Source of the DNA: Chrysomallon squamiferum
Taxonomy: Eukaryota; Animalia; Mollusca
DNA length: 64,000 nt
Direction: 5' to 3'
Assembly (NCBI GenBank): GCA_012295275.1
Contig: CM022665.1
Location: forward strand, 43,772,001 to 43,836,000
The translations under genes and the position numbers were made by a program. Positions 25,914 through 39,889 of the stretch are shown here, one piece after another. The notes beneath the pieces are model-generated. The model was given only the letters and a program-made list of their open reading frames with translations, did not search any database and was not told the origin of the DNA. Numbering within the stretch: the first letter of the stretch is position 1; each line of letters begins with the position of its first letter.

Positions 25914-27181
25914 GTCTGTCTGCCTGTATATCTATCTATATTTAAAAAATTAAAATAATAAAAAAGAAGAAAAAGTATTTTGTTTAATCTGATTTTGTAA
26001 CACTTTTTTTTTTTTCGTCTTGTATAAATTGTGGAAGTATTTCGTTTCTTTTCTTTCGCCTTTCTTTTGCTAATAGAACGTGAGGAAAAAAGAAAGGAAA
26101 AAAAAAAAAGAATAAAAGGAAAAAGAACATTTTAATGAAAACAATTACAGTGAAACTGTGTTATGTAGTTATCTACACGTTTTTTTTTTTTCTTGCAAAA
26201 GTTAAACAAAAGTGAAACGACAACAAAACAGTCGAAATCTTCAAAGATTCGGAATCCACGCCCTCGAAACAAATACCGTTTTCCGTTTACTTTTCGCGTA
26301 TCTCATTTCGCTACGCATCGGTGGGACACGGTGTCCGGATCAATAGCCTTATTAATTATGGCGCCCTCTTTGATGGCCATTTCTGCTAAGGGCACGCCAC
26401 TCCGGGATTCCACAATTATTGTGTCGATATCTTCGCTTTACCATAAACAAAGGCAGATTATTTATTCATGTTCTTTTGAAAGGCTTTAAAAATGTATATT
26501 CTGTTTGTTTTCTCTGACATCTGTGTGTTATCGAAAGCTTCCTGTTTAGACTTGACCGCACGAGACGGGCAGACGAACCCGGGTCACCATGTTCTGTCGA
26601 TCCGTGATGGCGAGGTACTTGCAGCGTTGATAAGCCGAAGAAGATGTCTAAATTGGCAGGAATGATAATACTAATTCAATAGACGATAAGCAGCAGAAGA
26701 AATTGACAGTGATGATAATACTAATAATAATTCAATTATGATAAGATGGATGTCGAAAATAATGTACGATGATGAGCTGCGGAAGATGTCAATATAGGAG
26801 AGTTGGTCATTTGTCATGTGGCACGAATACGTGGACATTGCAGGATAATTTATTTTTTTTTTTTTTTTTTTTATTTATTTATTTATTTATTTATTTATTT
26901 TGTTGTTGTTGTTAAAACATTTTCTGTTAGATTAGGACATCTGTAAAATAAGATTGAATATATGTGAGAATTTCTTTAATGCCGTATGAAAAATTGTGAG
27001 AAATCAAATCGTAATAATCGTTAATTTTATTGCAGTTATCATATTAACTGAAATTATTTATTGATGTTTCATTCAGCATGCAAAACCTTTTTTTTTTTTT
27101 TTTTTTTGCTTTGTTCTCTTTCATAAAAAAAACTTCTTCTGAGAAATAGTGATGGTGTCCTCACTGACCTCGTTTTTATTT

Positions 27182-27220
<39 letters not shown>

Positions 27221-28510
27221 CTTCTTTTCATTTTTCTCACTTTTTGAATTTTATTTTGTTATTGTTGTTGAGGCGGGGTACACACAAAGCGTAAATTGAA
27301 TGCCAGTTTTTACTCCTTTAAAAGAATGTAAAAATTGTATAATTCATTTTAAATTTCTGTAAAAGAATGTGTCATGTATTTTGTACGTGCACAACGAACA
27401 GAGCATACTCAACATCATTTATAAAAAAAACTCAACAACGTGTCATATCCTCACACAACACATGCCGCATTGAAAATGAGAATTGCTTCAGTTATTTATG
27501 AACAAAAAAAAAAATAAAAATTCCATATCGTTTTTGAAATGCGGTTCTGAAGGTAAACAAGCGAAACTTGATTTGTCGAGCCTTCATTTTTTCGAGTGAT
27601 TTACAACGCCCTGACAATATATATTTGTCATTCTTAGACACGACAGTTGGTCGTTAACGAAAACCGGTACGACGTGCTGACATCTCGAGACGGAAGTGAC
27701 GTCAGTCTGCGGTGTAATCGGGCGTCGCAATGCGTAAGAAGATGTCTTTACCGTATGACGAGGCAACGTAATATAGTATTTTATCACGTATGTTGGTAAC
27801 CTCAAATCTATTATCAAATCACCAACTGAGTTTAAAAAAAAAAAGAAGAAGAAAGTAACAGATGGCTGGTGTGAAATGTATGCGATATATCAAGCTAATT
27901 ACTGACAATATCATCTTCTAATTGGAAGTGTCGGCTGTTGTTTTTATGGCGTATTTAGTCAAGTGGCATTTGATGGATCTTTTTAAACTAGCCGTTCCCC
28001 GAATGCCAAGAAGAAAACAATGATTTAGAGGCAACCTTGGTTAAGCTCTCGACATTAAGATGTTAGGTACAGGGGTCAAATGTCGGTACTGGCTTGAACC
28101 TTGGGCTGTGTAGGAAGATCTATGGCCACATATTTTAAATCTTCTGACGTTGTTTTGGGGAAACAGTCGATTTCTTTTGCAAGACAGAAATACTTGAATC
28201 TTTAGTGGATATGGAAGCAAATATCAAGTGACTGAACTAATTAGTAATAATATTTGTAGCACTTTTAACATTAATAATACTAGTAGTAAAAGCCATGGTA
28301 GTAGTAGTAGAAGAAGTAGCAGTGGCAAAAGTAAAATAGTGACAGTGATGATAGAATTTTTTTTGTGGTAGAAATATAGTAACAATGATAGTAGTAGTAG
28401 TAGTAAGGCTAGCAGCAGAATAAGAAAAATAAGAACCAGATGAGAAAAAAAGGAGGAGTAATATGGAATGATTCTTCTGTGTGTATTTATATGTGTGTGT
28501 GTGTGTGTGT

Positions 28511-28565
<55 letters not shown>

Positions 28566-31449
28566 ATTTCTTTTTAAATTTTATTTTATTTTATTTTTTT
28601 TTAATTATTATTTCTCAGATTGGCAGTATCTTTTGTATTTTTCCAATGTAATAAAAGTTAAAATTTTATTTTTTAAGAAATTAGATTTTTAGCATACAGT
28701 GACGACTTGCATCTGTTTTGGGTGTTTTTTTCGTAAGATTAAAAGAAATTAAATAAGAATCTGGGATTCTGAGTTTGTTTTGAAAAAATGTAGCAGCCTG
28801 AGAAGCAATTTAAAACTAATTTATTTTTCAGATGCAAGGAATGACATTTTTCTGCATTCTCTGGCTTTATTTCTTAATATTTTCTGAAAACGAAATCCCT
28901 TCCTTATCATGCATTTTAATAATAAAATTTTAAATAATAATAATAATAATAATCATAATCATAACAATAATAATAATAATAATTCATTCATTAATAAAAA
29001 CTAAATGACCATCTACATATCTAAAAATGTTCTGAGCAATAGTGCGCCACACGAATTTATTTTTCAGGTGAAAACCTTTTAGAATCGGAGAATTTCTTTT
29101 GTGTTTAAGAAATGACATTTTCAGCATAGTGTGCCGCCGCCTGCTTGCCTGTTTATTTTCTGTTATATTTCTCGAAAAACAAAACACTTCTTAATCACGC
29201 AGTTTAGTCTTTCGGATTAATATTACGTGAAACTCGAAACCATTCTCTCACAATAGGACTCGGAGAGAGTTTTTTTTTGCCTTCGGCCGGTTCTCCGTTA
29301 TAACGACCCGCAACGAACACACCCGTGTTTGTATTCCGATAACCCGAAGATTGGTATCATAACAAAAACATATTCTTCCAGCATGTGGTTTATATTTTCA
29401 AGGTAGATAAATACATGAAAGATAATCAAATGAAATGTAACACCGCTTTCCTTCCCGGCAAGAGAGTGCTTTGCCGTTTGCACCTGCGGAGACTCGAATT
29501 AAGATGAGTAGGGTGATTTTTTTTTGATTTTTTTTTTTTTTTTTTTAAAGTGAAAAACCGAAGATAACGTTTAAATGGTCTTCTAAGAGACAGGAAGTGT
29601 GGCATTAAAGCTTGTAGGACATTGGTAAAACAGTTGTAAGCTTCGTTGTAAAACATGTCAAAAACAAAGAACTCGGAGCTTGCCCTCCTGCAGTGGCCAG
29701 ATAATTTATTACCGTTATTCGAAAACGCGTTCCCCTTATACTGGGAGGTAAGATGGTAAACCGTAGCCGTTTCTGGAACTAATGAGGGAGAACGCTGGCC
29801 TCAAATGAACGGGAATTATGTGTGAAACAGATTGCCATCGGCTTCGGTGAACGTTGCTTGGCAATGAGTTGGAGAAACAGGCCATTTAGAATTCAGTTGA
29901 TCTTTCTATTAGCTAATGTTCATCTTCACTTTGAAGTAATAACAATGGCGCCAAGCGCTGCCACAGTAACCATTAATAACAGAATTATGTGTTCTTGTTT
30001 ATTTCATTGTGTTAATCATGGCTAATATTTGTTGGCTTAATGTCTAATGTATTTTATTTGAAGCAGATGATGGTATAAAGATAACTTCTATTAGTGAACG
30101 TACTAAAAATAATACATTTACATTTAAAGAAAAGAATGTTTAGAATTTGTAACAAAAGTACAACTCTCTCTCTCTCTATTATTATTTAAATGAAAAAGAA
30201 TAATAATTTTTGAACTTCATTTCTTCATACGGTCAAGAATTCAAAAATGTATCGAGATATACTATGTATCGGTCTGTCTATCAGTCTGTGTTTATCTATC
30301 TCACTCTTCTACTGTCAGTTCGTCTGCGTAATTATATATAAAACAAGTTAGTTTACTCTTAATGGGTTTTTTTTTTTTAAAAAGCATTATTATTTTATTT
30401 TCAATTATTCTGTTTATTTCAAACAAATAAATATGTTTTAAATTCCTACAGTATGTTTAAAAAACAAACAACAACAAAAACAAAAAAAATCTGCAAAAAA
30501 CCCCAGTTCCAACCGTTACATGAAAACAGCTCTAACGACCTTAAACACGAGAATGCCTCGAACAACAAAGCACATCTCTTTTGTTATTGTTTCCTTGTTC
30601 CTGGTTCTCAAGTACTTTTCACCTGCTTTATAATCGCTCCATGAAAGACGCGCGGTGCGTGTACAATACCGCGAAGCACGGCAAACCATTTTTTTTTCTT
30701 TCTTTCTTTTTGAGACCACCGCGGAACATACATATGTCAGAAAGATACTCCTCCGAGCAAACTCCCATGGGTGATGAAAATGTCAGTAAGAGATACAATC
30801 TTATGGGTAATTAACAAGGAAGCCACAGGGGATGGTGCCGGAGATGGTGACGTCGTTACAGGCTGCGTTTCATGGAGTGAGAAAATCGCTTCGTTCTACA
30901 CCGAAACCCAATCTTCATTAGTGCTACCTCACTGATTTTTCGCTGGTCCTCTGTTGTCGTTTGAAGTCAGACCGTGGTTAATTCATTCACCGTTATTTAT
31001 TTACTTACCCATCAGCCGGTTCAAAGTAGGTGAAAATGATGTTTTAACGGTTATTGTTATTCGCTTGCGTCACATATACTTTTTATTAGCTTTTTATGAA
31101 GATGAATTCGTTAATAATTATACTTGTCTGCGTTATATAAATATTATTTTCTGATTATTTTTTTTGTTGTTTATAAATAAATATCCAAGTATCTGAAGCA
31201 TTATCATAATTGAAGGTATTGCTTATTTTTTTTCTTCTTCTTTTTTTTTTTTTTTCTGAGAGTGGAAGGGAAAAAGGGAAAGAAAGAAAGAAAGAAAAAG
31301 TTTGCTTGAAAATAAAATTAAAATTATAAGAAATAGTTAACGATAAAACAGTAAAAATATTAAGAAAAAGCTTAAATAAATTCTGTATATATTCAAGTGA
31401 TATGTCGTATCTTTCCTAATAATAAATTTATTTATTTATTTATTTATTA

Positions 31450-31497
<48 letters not shown>

Positions 31498-32804
31498 TTA
31501 TAATTATAATTATTATTTAAATGAAAAAGAATAATAATTGAGGAATTTCATTTCTTCATACAGTAAAGAATTCAAAAATGTATCGAGTTATAATAACATA
31601 CAAATAACCTCTTTATTAATTTAATTTTCTTGAAAATGAAAGAAAAACAGTCGTTCCAACTTTTCTTTCAACAGAAATTTTAATTTATTTCCTTTATTAT
31701 GTTATTAATTTATTTTTCTTCTTCTTCTTCGTATTATTATTTTCTTCTTATATTATTATATCGTTTCAGTTATTGCACTTCAGTGATTATATTCACAACA
31801 TACTTTACAACTCGCGATGTTTTCAATAGCTATAAACATTTGGATTTTGGCATAGCTATCTCATTAATGTGTTTAGCCAAAAATAATACAGAAAAATACA
31901 ATAAATAAAGAAATGTAAGAAAAAAAAAAAAAAGAGAAAAAGTCAGTGAAATGGAAAAACGTCTAAACCAAAGATATATTTCACTTCCCAAATGAGATTA
32001 ACAAAATTAGAACTCTCTCTCTCTCTCTCTGAGTTTATTTGTTGTGAAAGTGAATTATTTCTCTGCCATTATTTATATTTTCTTTTTGCTTCTCAAAATA
32101 CTTCACAAACCAGCGTAAAGAAAATAAATTGATACTCGAATCATTTGAGTACAAAAATGATTTTAACCGATATGGAATTAATCTCGTGTAATTTCAAGTA
32201 AAACATCAAAACGCGCAGAAATCACTTTTGGATGAATTTGACACGAACTAACATGCACGTACTTTGTTGCGGGTCACTTCGTGTCGAGTGCATACTTCAT
32301 CACATGACGTTACTTCCGATAACCCAGAGTCATCGTACACAAAGTTTTAAAAGAAAACTTATTTAAAACTTAACTTGCACTCACAGCTGTTGTTTTAGAT
32401 GAACTGATAGAATCATTAACAACTCCACTACGCATAATTGATAGCAGACGTATGGACGTGGTATTCGTCATAAACACGTCCCGAAATATCGAAAGAAATC
32501 ACGAGAAAATGGAGTGACGTCTGCTCGCTGTGTCAAAGGTCATGCGCCTCCTGTAATGTCTAAATCACCCTTAATAGATGTTGTAATTGCTTCTGATATA
32601 GTGCTGGCACTGAGCTATTTCAGATAGGCCATCAAGTTTCTTATCTGGGGTATCTTGCTGTGGTACGCTCACTGTGTCGACATGGAATAAAATTAATAAA
32701 ACGTGAACACGAGTTTTGAGATAACCCGTCTTCCTAATGTCGTCATGGCGCGGACATACGGCGCACTAGACGAGGATATATTAATTTGGTTTAAAGTGAT
32801 AATT

Positions 32805-32810
32805 TTTATT
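32805..32810 (-). terminator. Candidate THADA polyadenylation signal (AATAAA on -)
   Basis: TTTATT on + about 960 nt past the THADA stop, immediately beside the point where CpG depletion ends. Other AATAAA hexamers exist nearer the stop. Confidence 0.4.
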
Positions 32811-33770
32811 GAAACATTCTGCGAAATTTAAAAAAAAAAAAAAAAAAATAGAAACATTACTTTTATATATGTCTTTGTGTATGTGTGTGTGTGTGAGAGA
32901 GAAATTCTTGTTTTTTTTGTTGTTTTTTTAAATTAATATTTAAATTTGCAATATGGAAAATTCTTCTTTATTTATATTTTCAATTTTTATCATTTTCCTA
33001 GAAATATATATAATTATTTTAAATATTCTGGGTAACATTCTGTAGTAAATGAATTTTAAATGTGTTTTTATAGCATAAGACAGCATTTTTAGACAGTTTT
33101 CGATGAATAGAAGATTTATTATAAATTTTCTTAAGCTGATCAGTTGTTCTGAAATTATATAATGGTGTTTTAATTTTTTATTATTATCTCTCCCCACTAA
33201 TTCACTGTTTTTAATAGAAACAGCACTTACATTTCATACACTGTAAGTGAACTTGTCTCAGCTTTTGAATATACTGACAAAATATAACATTTTCAGAAAA
33301 TCTTGTAATCTGAACTTTCTAAAAAGAAAAAAATTTAAAAATAATAATAATAAAAATAAATAATAATAAAATAAAATAACTAAATAAAAATAATAATAAT
33401 AAAAAATTTGACCATGTAAAGTGGTAGGGCTTTGTTCATTTGTATCAGTACTTTCACATTCTACTTCATGAGAAAAGCTGATTGTTAAGACTTTTGCATA
33501 TTATAACAAAACCCAGTACATCATAAGGTTTTAAAAGATTTAATTTTCTTTAAATCACAATTATTGCACATTAAAATTATTATTTTAAAAATTCTGATAA
33601 AATGAAAACATTAAAATTTCATATATCATTAAAAATGTTTGGTAAAAGTAATTATACAATATCTAGAGACTGCATTAAAATTATTATTAATTCACATAAA
33701 TTATAATTTTTTGTATTATATAATTCATTTATTTACAGTTCTAAAATACTGCAGTGGTATTTTAATTAAT

Positions 33771-34523
33771 TTATAATAAACCTTCAAGGATTATGTGTAA
33801 TGGCTGACATTTAGATTTCAAAGCATGCAGAAGCTGAAGGTGCTGCTCTTGCAAGTTTCCAGTTTTGGACACAGATCTTGTACATCTGATAACTGTGGCT
33901 GCTATCATCAGTGTCTTGAGACTAGCTTCATACAGGACAGAGTCTTTGAATGGGGACACTGGAGTCACTACATCCATGTTAGTTAGCTTGAGAGAGAAAT
34001 ACTTCAAAAGTCCTGAAAGTAGTGATTCTGTTTCAGGATCTGTAATGACAGGCCGAGTGTGGTCTTCAACAGTGGAATGACCATTGAAATGTGATTCAGA
34101 ACTGTCATCTATGGATGATGAGGAATTCTTGTCCATTGATGATCTAGAGTCAGCATCTACAGCAGAATGAACAATCTTGTCAACTGATAATTCAAAAGAA
34201 GCATCAACTGCTGATGAAGAATTCCTGGCATCAGTTGCTGACACAGAATTCTTGTCCATGTTTGATGCAGATGTTTCCACAGGAGCTGATGTCAGATTGA
34301 TATCCCCTGCTGCATTAAAACTGTTACCCAGAGCTGAGTCGTAACAGTCCACTGAGTCTTGTTTTATTTTGTTAACACTGTCGTATGCAGATTTTGAATC
34401 TCCAGCTGATTTACCTGCAGTGTGAATTATCTTCTCAAGCTGTTCTGCAATGAGCTGTGCAAACAAAGGGTTCTCTCTGTATGTGTTGATTTCTCCTCTG
34501 TCAAACAGTCTCTCTTCTTGGTC
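33771..34523 (-). CDS. THADA: THADA terminal coding exon
   Basis: TGTAG acceptor, then DQEERLFDRGEINTYRENPLFAQL... open for 753 nt to TAA. Confidence 0.85.
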   Translation of the reverse strand, partial: DQEERLFDRGEINTYRENPLFAQLIAEQLEKIIHTAGKSAGDSKSAYDSVNKIKQDSVDCYDSALGNSFNAAGDINLTSAPVETSASNMDKNSVSATDARNSSSAVDASFELSVDKIVHSAVDADSRSSMDKNSSSSIDDSSESHFNGHSTVEDHTRPVITDPETESLLSGLLKYFSLKLTNMDVVTPVSPFKDSVLYEASLKTLMIAATVIRCTRSVSKTGNLQEQHLQLLHALKSKCQPLHIILEGLL

Positions 34524-36978
34524 CTACAGAAAAACACCAGTTGATAAAATGTTTGCATTGTTATTCTTGTGACAGAGAAAATAACTGACAAGTGCTTAAT
34601 AAAGATTTGACCAACCACATATATACATAAAAACCTACTATTCACACAGACACATATATCATCAAACAAACAATAATAATAATTAAAAAAAAAAAAAAAA
34701 AGTAAATAAATAAAATAAATAAATGAAACAAAATGACTAATTTTGCAAAGGACACTGGAAAAGAACAGCATTTAAGATTCATGGGAACATAAAACAATCT
34801 TAAATAACATTAAACTTACTAGACATTTTTTTTTTTACACATTAAAACAACTTTTACATATGATACAGGCACTATCCTTAATCTGTATAATTAAGGAATC
34901 ACTAAAACGTTGGCAAGGAATATGGAAGAGAATAGAATTTCAGCTTAAGAGGAATTAAACAAATCATGGCTTTGGGAATGCAGAAGAGACTGAAGAAACA
35001 AATCTTAAGATTTAAAAAAAAAATACTTCTTCTTTTCTTTCCCTTTTAAAACACAACCCTAACCTCCCGAATATCTACAATCAGTGGATTAACATGCTGG
35101 CAAGGGACGTGAAAGAGAATGGCAATCTTCTCAGACACGATTAAACTATCATTTCATCACTTTCTGTTTAACAGAAACAGCTCACTAATAAAATCATCCC
35201 AGTGAATCTCAGTGCTTTAAAGATTATGGCTTGTCTTTTGGCTAAAATCCACACCTGATATCTTGTAAAGGATAGTTTTCAGGTTCTTTCAGTTCTTGAA
35301 CCAATGTTTCTAGTTTTTATAAACCATTCTATATAACTGATTTCATTTTAAACTGTAACACTTAAAATAACAATACCAGGAGTTGCCTATGATTATTATC
35401 TTAACATAGTTGTGGTTTCTAAGCAGCAATTTGTGTTTGTTGTCATATGTAAATTTATCTGTCTAGATAGATGAATAGATATAGATAATGGCAAAAACAA
35501 ATTGCTGTGGGGAATTAAAAAACATTCTTCCCACATAGAAAAATATACACAAACACATACCAGACATATATATAAATGTGTGTTTTTTTTAAATACTTCT
35601 GATAGTTATTATTATTTTTTTTTTTTGACTGTCTGACTGCTTTAGTGATTTCATTAATTTTTATTTTACAAAGCTTAGCTGGAAAATGAAATCAGAGGAC
35701 TTAGCTTTAGGCTATGCTTGTTATAAAGTATCTTACACAATCCATAAAACTAGCTATTTTCTGAAGATGCACATATTCACACTCTATTTGTTGATTAAGA
35801 ACCCATGAAGAATTATATAAAGAAATTAGATTGACATCTAAGCATCTTTTTTTATCACTAGGCTTAAGGGGGTTAGGAATGAAAATGTTTATAAAAAGGA
35901 TGCAGTCCAGTCATTTCACTCCATCTCTTGATGTTACATCCAAATACTAACCTTACATGCTGAATCACAATCCTGGATCCATTTAATCAGCGTTCTTACA
36001 CATTCCACCTTATTTCTCTTGCTATGGATAACTACCATCCTAGCCACTAGAGACTTGAGTGCAAAGGTTGGCTGCACATCTGTGAAATGGTTGTGGTCAT
36101 CAAGTAATGGAAGAATTGAAGACATGGTGTCTTTAACCTCTAAGTCATCTTCTTGTAAAAGGTTGATGACAACCTCCCAGACACTGAATGTTAATGAACC
36201 TGAAAATATTTGTATTGAAAAAAAAAAAAAATGTAATACAGAATTTTTGGCTGTTATTTGATAATTAAATTTCATTTCAGCAGCAGGGGGAGGAAAAAAC
36301 CCGAAAATTTAATTTTTAAAATTTATTTTAAATAATAATAATAATAATAAAACCCCTCTTTTTTAATGCCAAAAATTAAACACTTTACTTCATTGGGGTT
36401 AATTTTATTTATTATTTTTCAAATGATTAAAATAAAAAATAAAGAAAAACACTTTAAAAAAAAAAACACACACACACAAAAAAAAAGCTTAACAAATTAA
36501 ATTTGTTACCTGTCTGAATCAGTCGCTGGTTGTCAGTAAAACAACAAGTGACAGATCATTAAAAAAATCAGCGTACAGAATGAAAACACTTGTCTAATCA
36601 GGCATACAGCTGTTTGCGCTCGTTTCTGATACTCAGACAATTTCTACATGATAATTAGCGGCCTAGCATTCCCCAGAGAAATATCTTTAATTGAACTGTC
36701 AGTATCAAACCTTGCTCTGGACACTGTTTACGGGATAAAGACAAATGTTTCTCTGCCTGTTCATAGATGTTTATTTTTTAGATTGACTTGTCAAGAGTGA
36801 GTAATGGCGGCGCGGACCGTGTAACGTGAAGTACCACAAAGATGGGAAAGAGAATCTAAACTATTTATTTTTTATTCTCTCTCGCTCTCTCGCTTTCTCT
36901 GCCTTTTCTAAAGGAAGAAATTCCATGAAGAAGGGAAAGTGAAAAATGTAAAATGTATAATTCTTCTTTCCGTTACTA

Positions 36979-37013
<35 letters not shown>

Positions 37014-39390
37014 CTCCGTTGTACTTGTATTCTACAGGTTTGTTAATTAAAAAGTCAGGCAAGTGAACCTAATGTTTTCTCACACACGTAATTTGTGGCG
37101 TGCACCTGTGCTCAATATTTCAGACAGATTCCCGGTGCGGGAAAAAACCCAGCTTGTCTGCGAAATAAGATCCGTTTTCTCTAAGACTTGTTAATAAATT
37201 GTGACTTTTGAGCTTTAATGATCTTATCTGAAGTTTGTTTTATTTACTTTTTGCTTTACAAATGAGAGAGCCTCATTTTGGATTAACCGTTGCATAAAGG
37301 AACCAAAGTTATGCTTTCTAGGCTCTTTAAGTTAAAAGTTTTTTTAATTCGCTTCGTTTGATAACCGTCAATAAAAACTTCATATTTAATTTAAGTTATG
37401 GTTTTTCTAGGGTTAGAGAATTAAGATTTTTCTTCTTCTTCTTTTTTTTTTTTATTTTTCTTTCTTCTTTTTTCTTCTTTTCTTTTGCTATTTATTTATT
37501 TATATATTTTTAAAACCAAATTCAAAACTTTACATCTTGCTTAGAAAGGCAAAATAATGGTATTTTTTATTGTGATGGAAAATAAAAAATAAAATAAAGC
37601 ACCATTTTACAGAAGGGTAACAGATTATTTTTTAAAATGTCTTTTACAACAGTTAATATATATATATTACTAGCTTGCCATTTACATGGAAAACTGAATA
37701 TAAATAAAAAGTTTCTAGAGTTTAAAATGAAAGTATCTCAACAGACTTTTATTACAGAACAAACTTAATTGTAGGTAAAGACATATATCACTAATATAAC
37801 ACTTTAAATAAATAAATAAATGCAAAAATAAACATTATATATTAGAAAATATATTAAAAAAATAAATAAATAAAATTAACATATAATAATAATAACAAAA
37901 AAAGAAGTAAAAAATATAATAATTTTTAAAAAACAAACCTCTGATCACCCCACCAAAACATAAAACAACAAGGACAAAAACAAAAGAAATAATTCACACT
38001 GACTACTACCTCACCACATCCCCCTCCCCCCTCAAAAAAAAAAAAAAAAAAAAAAATCTACACTAAAATTTAGACATCACATAATCTTTCCACTTCATGC
38101 CGTTCTTCAACTGTAAATGATGTTCTCTATCAGGTTGGGTGTTTTTTTTAATTTTTTTTTTTTTTCTCTCCCTATCACAAAATGTCAAATAAAACAATTG
38201 TTGGTATCAAGTGCAGCTGTCTTGTAAATACACTGACAAATCAAATGACTTGAAGTCGGTGTAAATGAAGTGTCAAGCGACGACATAAACAAAACCACAT
38301 CAGTAATAATTCTCCTGCAATACACTGGCTGAGTGGAAGCGATGGCTGCTAAAAAGCTATTTATGAAAATAACTGCACAGTTTCGCACACCGTTCGGTCA
38401 TTTGAGAAATGTGGGAATGAATTAGAGAACGGAGCAGCAGTTTCGGAAGATAGGCGTGTTTAACATTGTTGATGTGTTTACGGAAATAAAAAACAATAAA
38501 GTGTACTTTTGTGTGTATGTGAATGTGTCTGTGCCTATATATACATGTGTATGGGTATATATGTATATGTATATATTGTGTATATGTGCTTGTGTATGCA
38601 TCTGTGTATGGGTTGACAGATGGTTGGATAGATGTGAATGTGTCTGTGGGTGTGTATGTTTGTCTATGTGTCTGTCTCTGTTTTGTCTCAATGTCTGTGG
38701 GCCTGGGTGTGTGTATGTGTGTGTGTGTGAATATGGATGGACTAATATATGTATGTATTTGTTTCATATTTATATGTATGTTTGTTTCTCTGTTTTATGT
38801 GTGTCTGTCTATGTTTATGGTGCCTGGATGCCTGTGTGTGTATGTTTGTGTGTATTCAAATATGGATGGACCAATGTATGTATGTATATGCATATGTAGA
38901 TGAGTATGTATATGTGTGTGTGCCACTGTGTCTGTATGTGTGTCTATCTCTGTATCTATATGCCAGTGTGTGTCTGAAAAATCCTAACAAGAGTCTTGCA
39001 TTTAATACATTAATGGTTTAGGATATCTTTTTCCGTGAGGAAAACACATTTTTTACTTTCACATATAGACTGATGTTTATCACTGGCAAACAGGAACAGC
39101 GAGTATTAACACCCTGAAGAGATTTGAACCCTTAACCTACCACTCCTCAGGAAAATGCCCTGACCACTTATCTTCTCTCAGACACTCTTGGAGAGATAAA
39201 CTTACCGAGTATGCTGTGTGGATCTACAAGAAGAATGATGGCATTGTCATGTACAGCTTGGGCACAACTGATCTGCAAGTCAGAGCTCTGCTCAGACTGA
39301 GTACTGTTCATAATACAGTCACACCAGTCAGTAAGGCAGTCAAAGAGTTCTGAACATCTCTCCTTAAAATAAAAAACAACAACAAGAGTA

Positions 39391-39431
<41 letters not shown>

Positions 39432-39847
39432 GTAGTAGTAGTACTAGTAGTAATAATAATAATAACAATAATAATAATAATAATAAATAAATAATAAATA
39501 ATAAAATAATAATAATAATAAAAATAATAATAATATTGTAGCATTAAATAAAATAATAAAAAAAATAATAATAATATAATAATAAATAATAATAAAAAAA
39601 ATAACAACAATTAAAATAAAATTAAAATTAAAATTAAAAATTAAAAATTTAAAACAAGTATTTATTCACCAACATTTGTAGACTTTAAAAATTTGCAGAC
39701 ACTATTCACACTAAGATCACTTTTTTTCTTAACTTAAACAGTCAATAAATCATTTTTCACCAATATTTGAACAGAATTATGTTCACAGGATCACTTTTTC
39801 AAAATTAAAATAATCAATAAATTTACTTGCAACAAAATTACCTTTTC

Positions 39848-39889
<42 letters not shown>

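Noticed and set aside
28035-28100. Possible SINE or tRNA-like fragment
   Set aside because: Too degenerate to call, with no intact A and B boxes.
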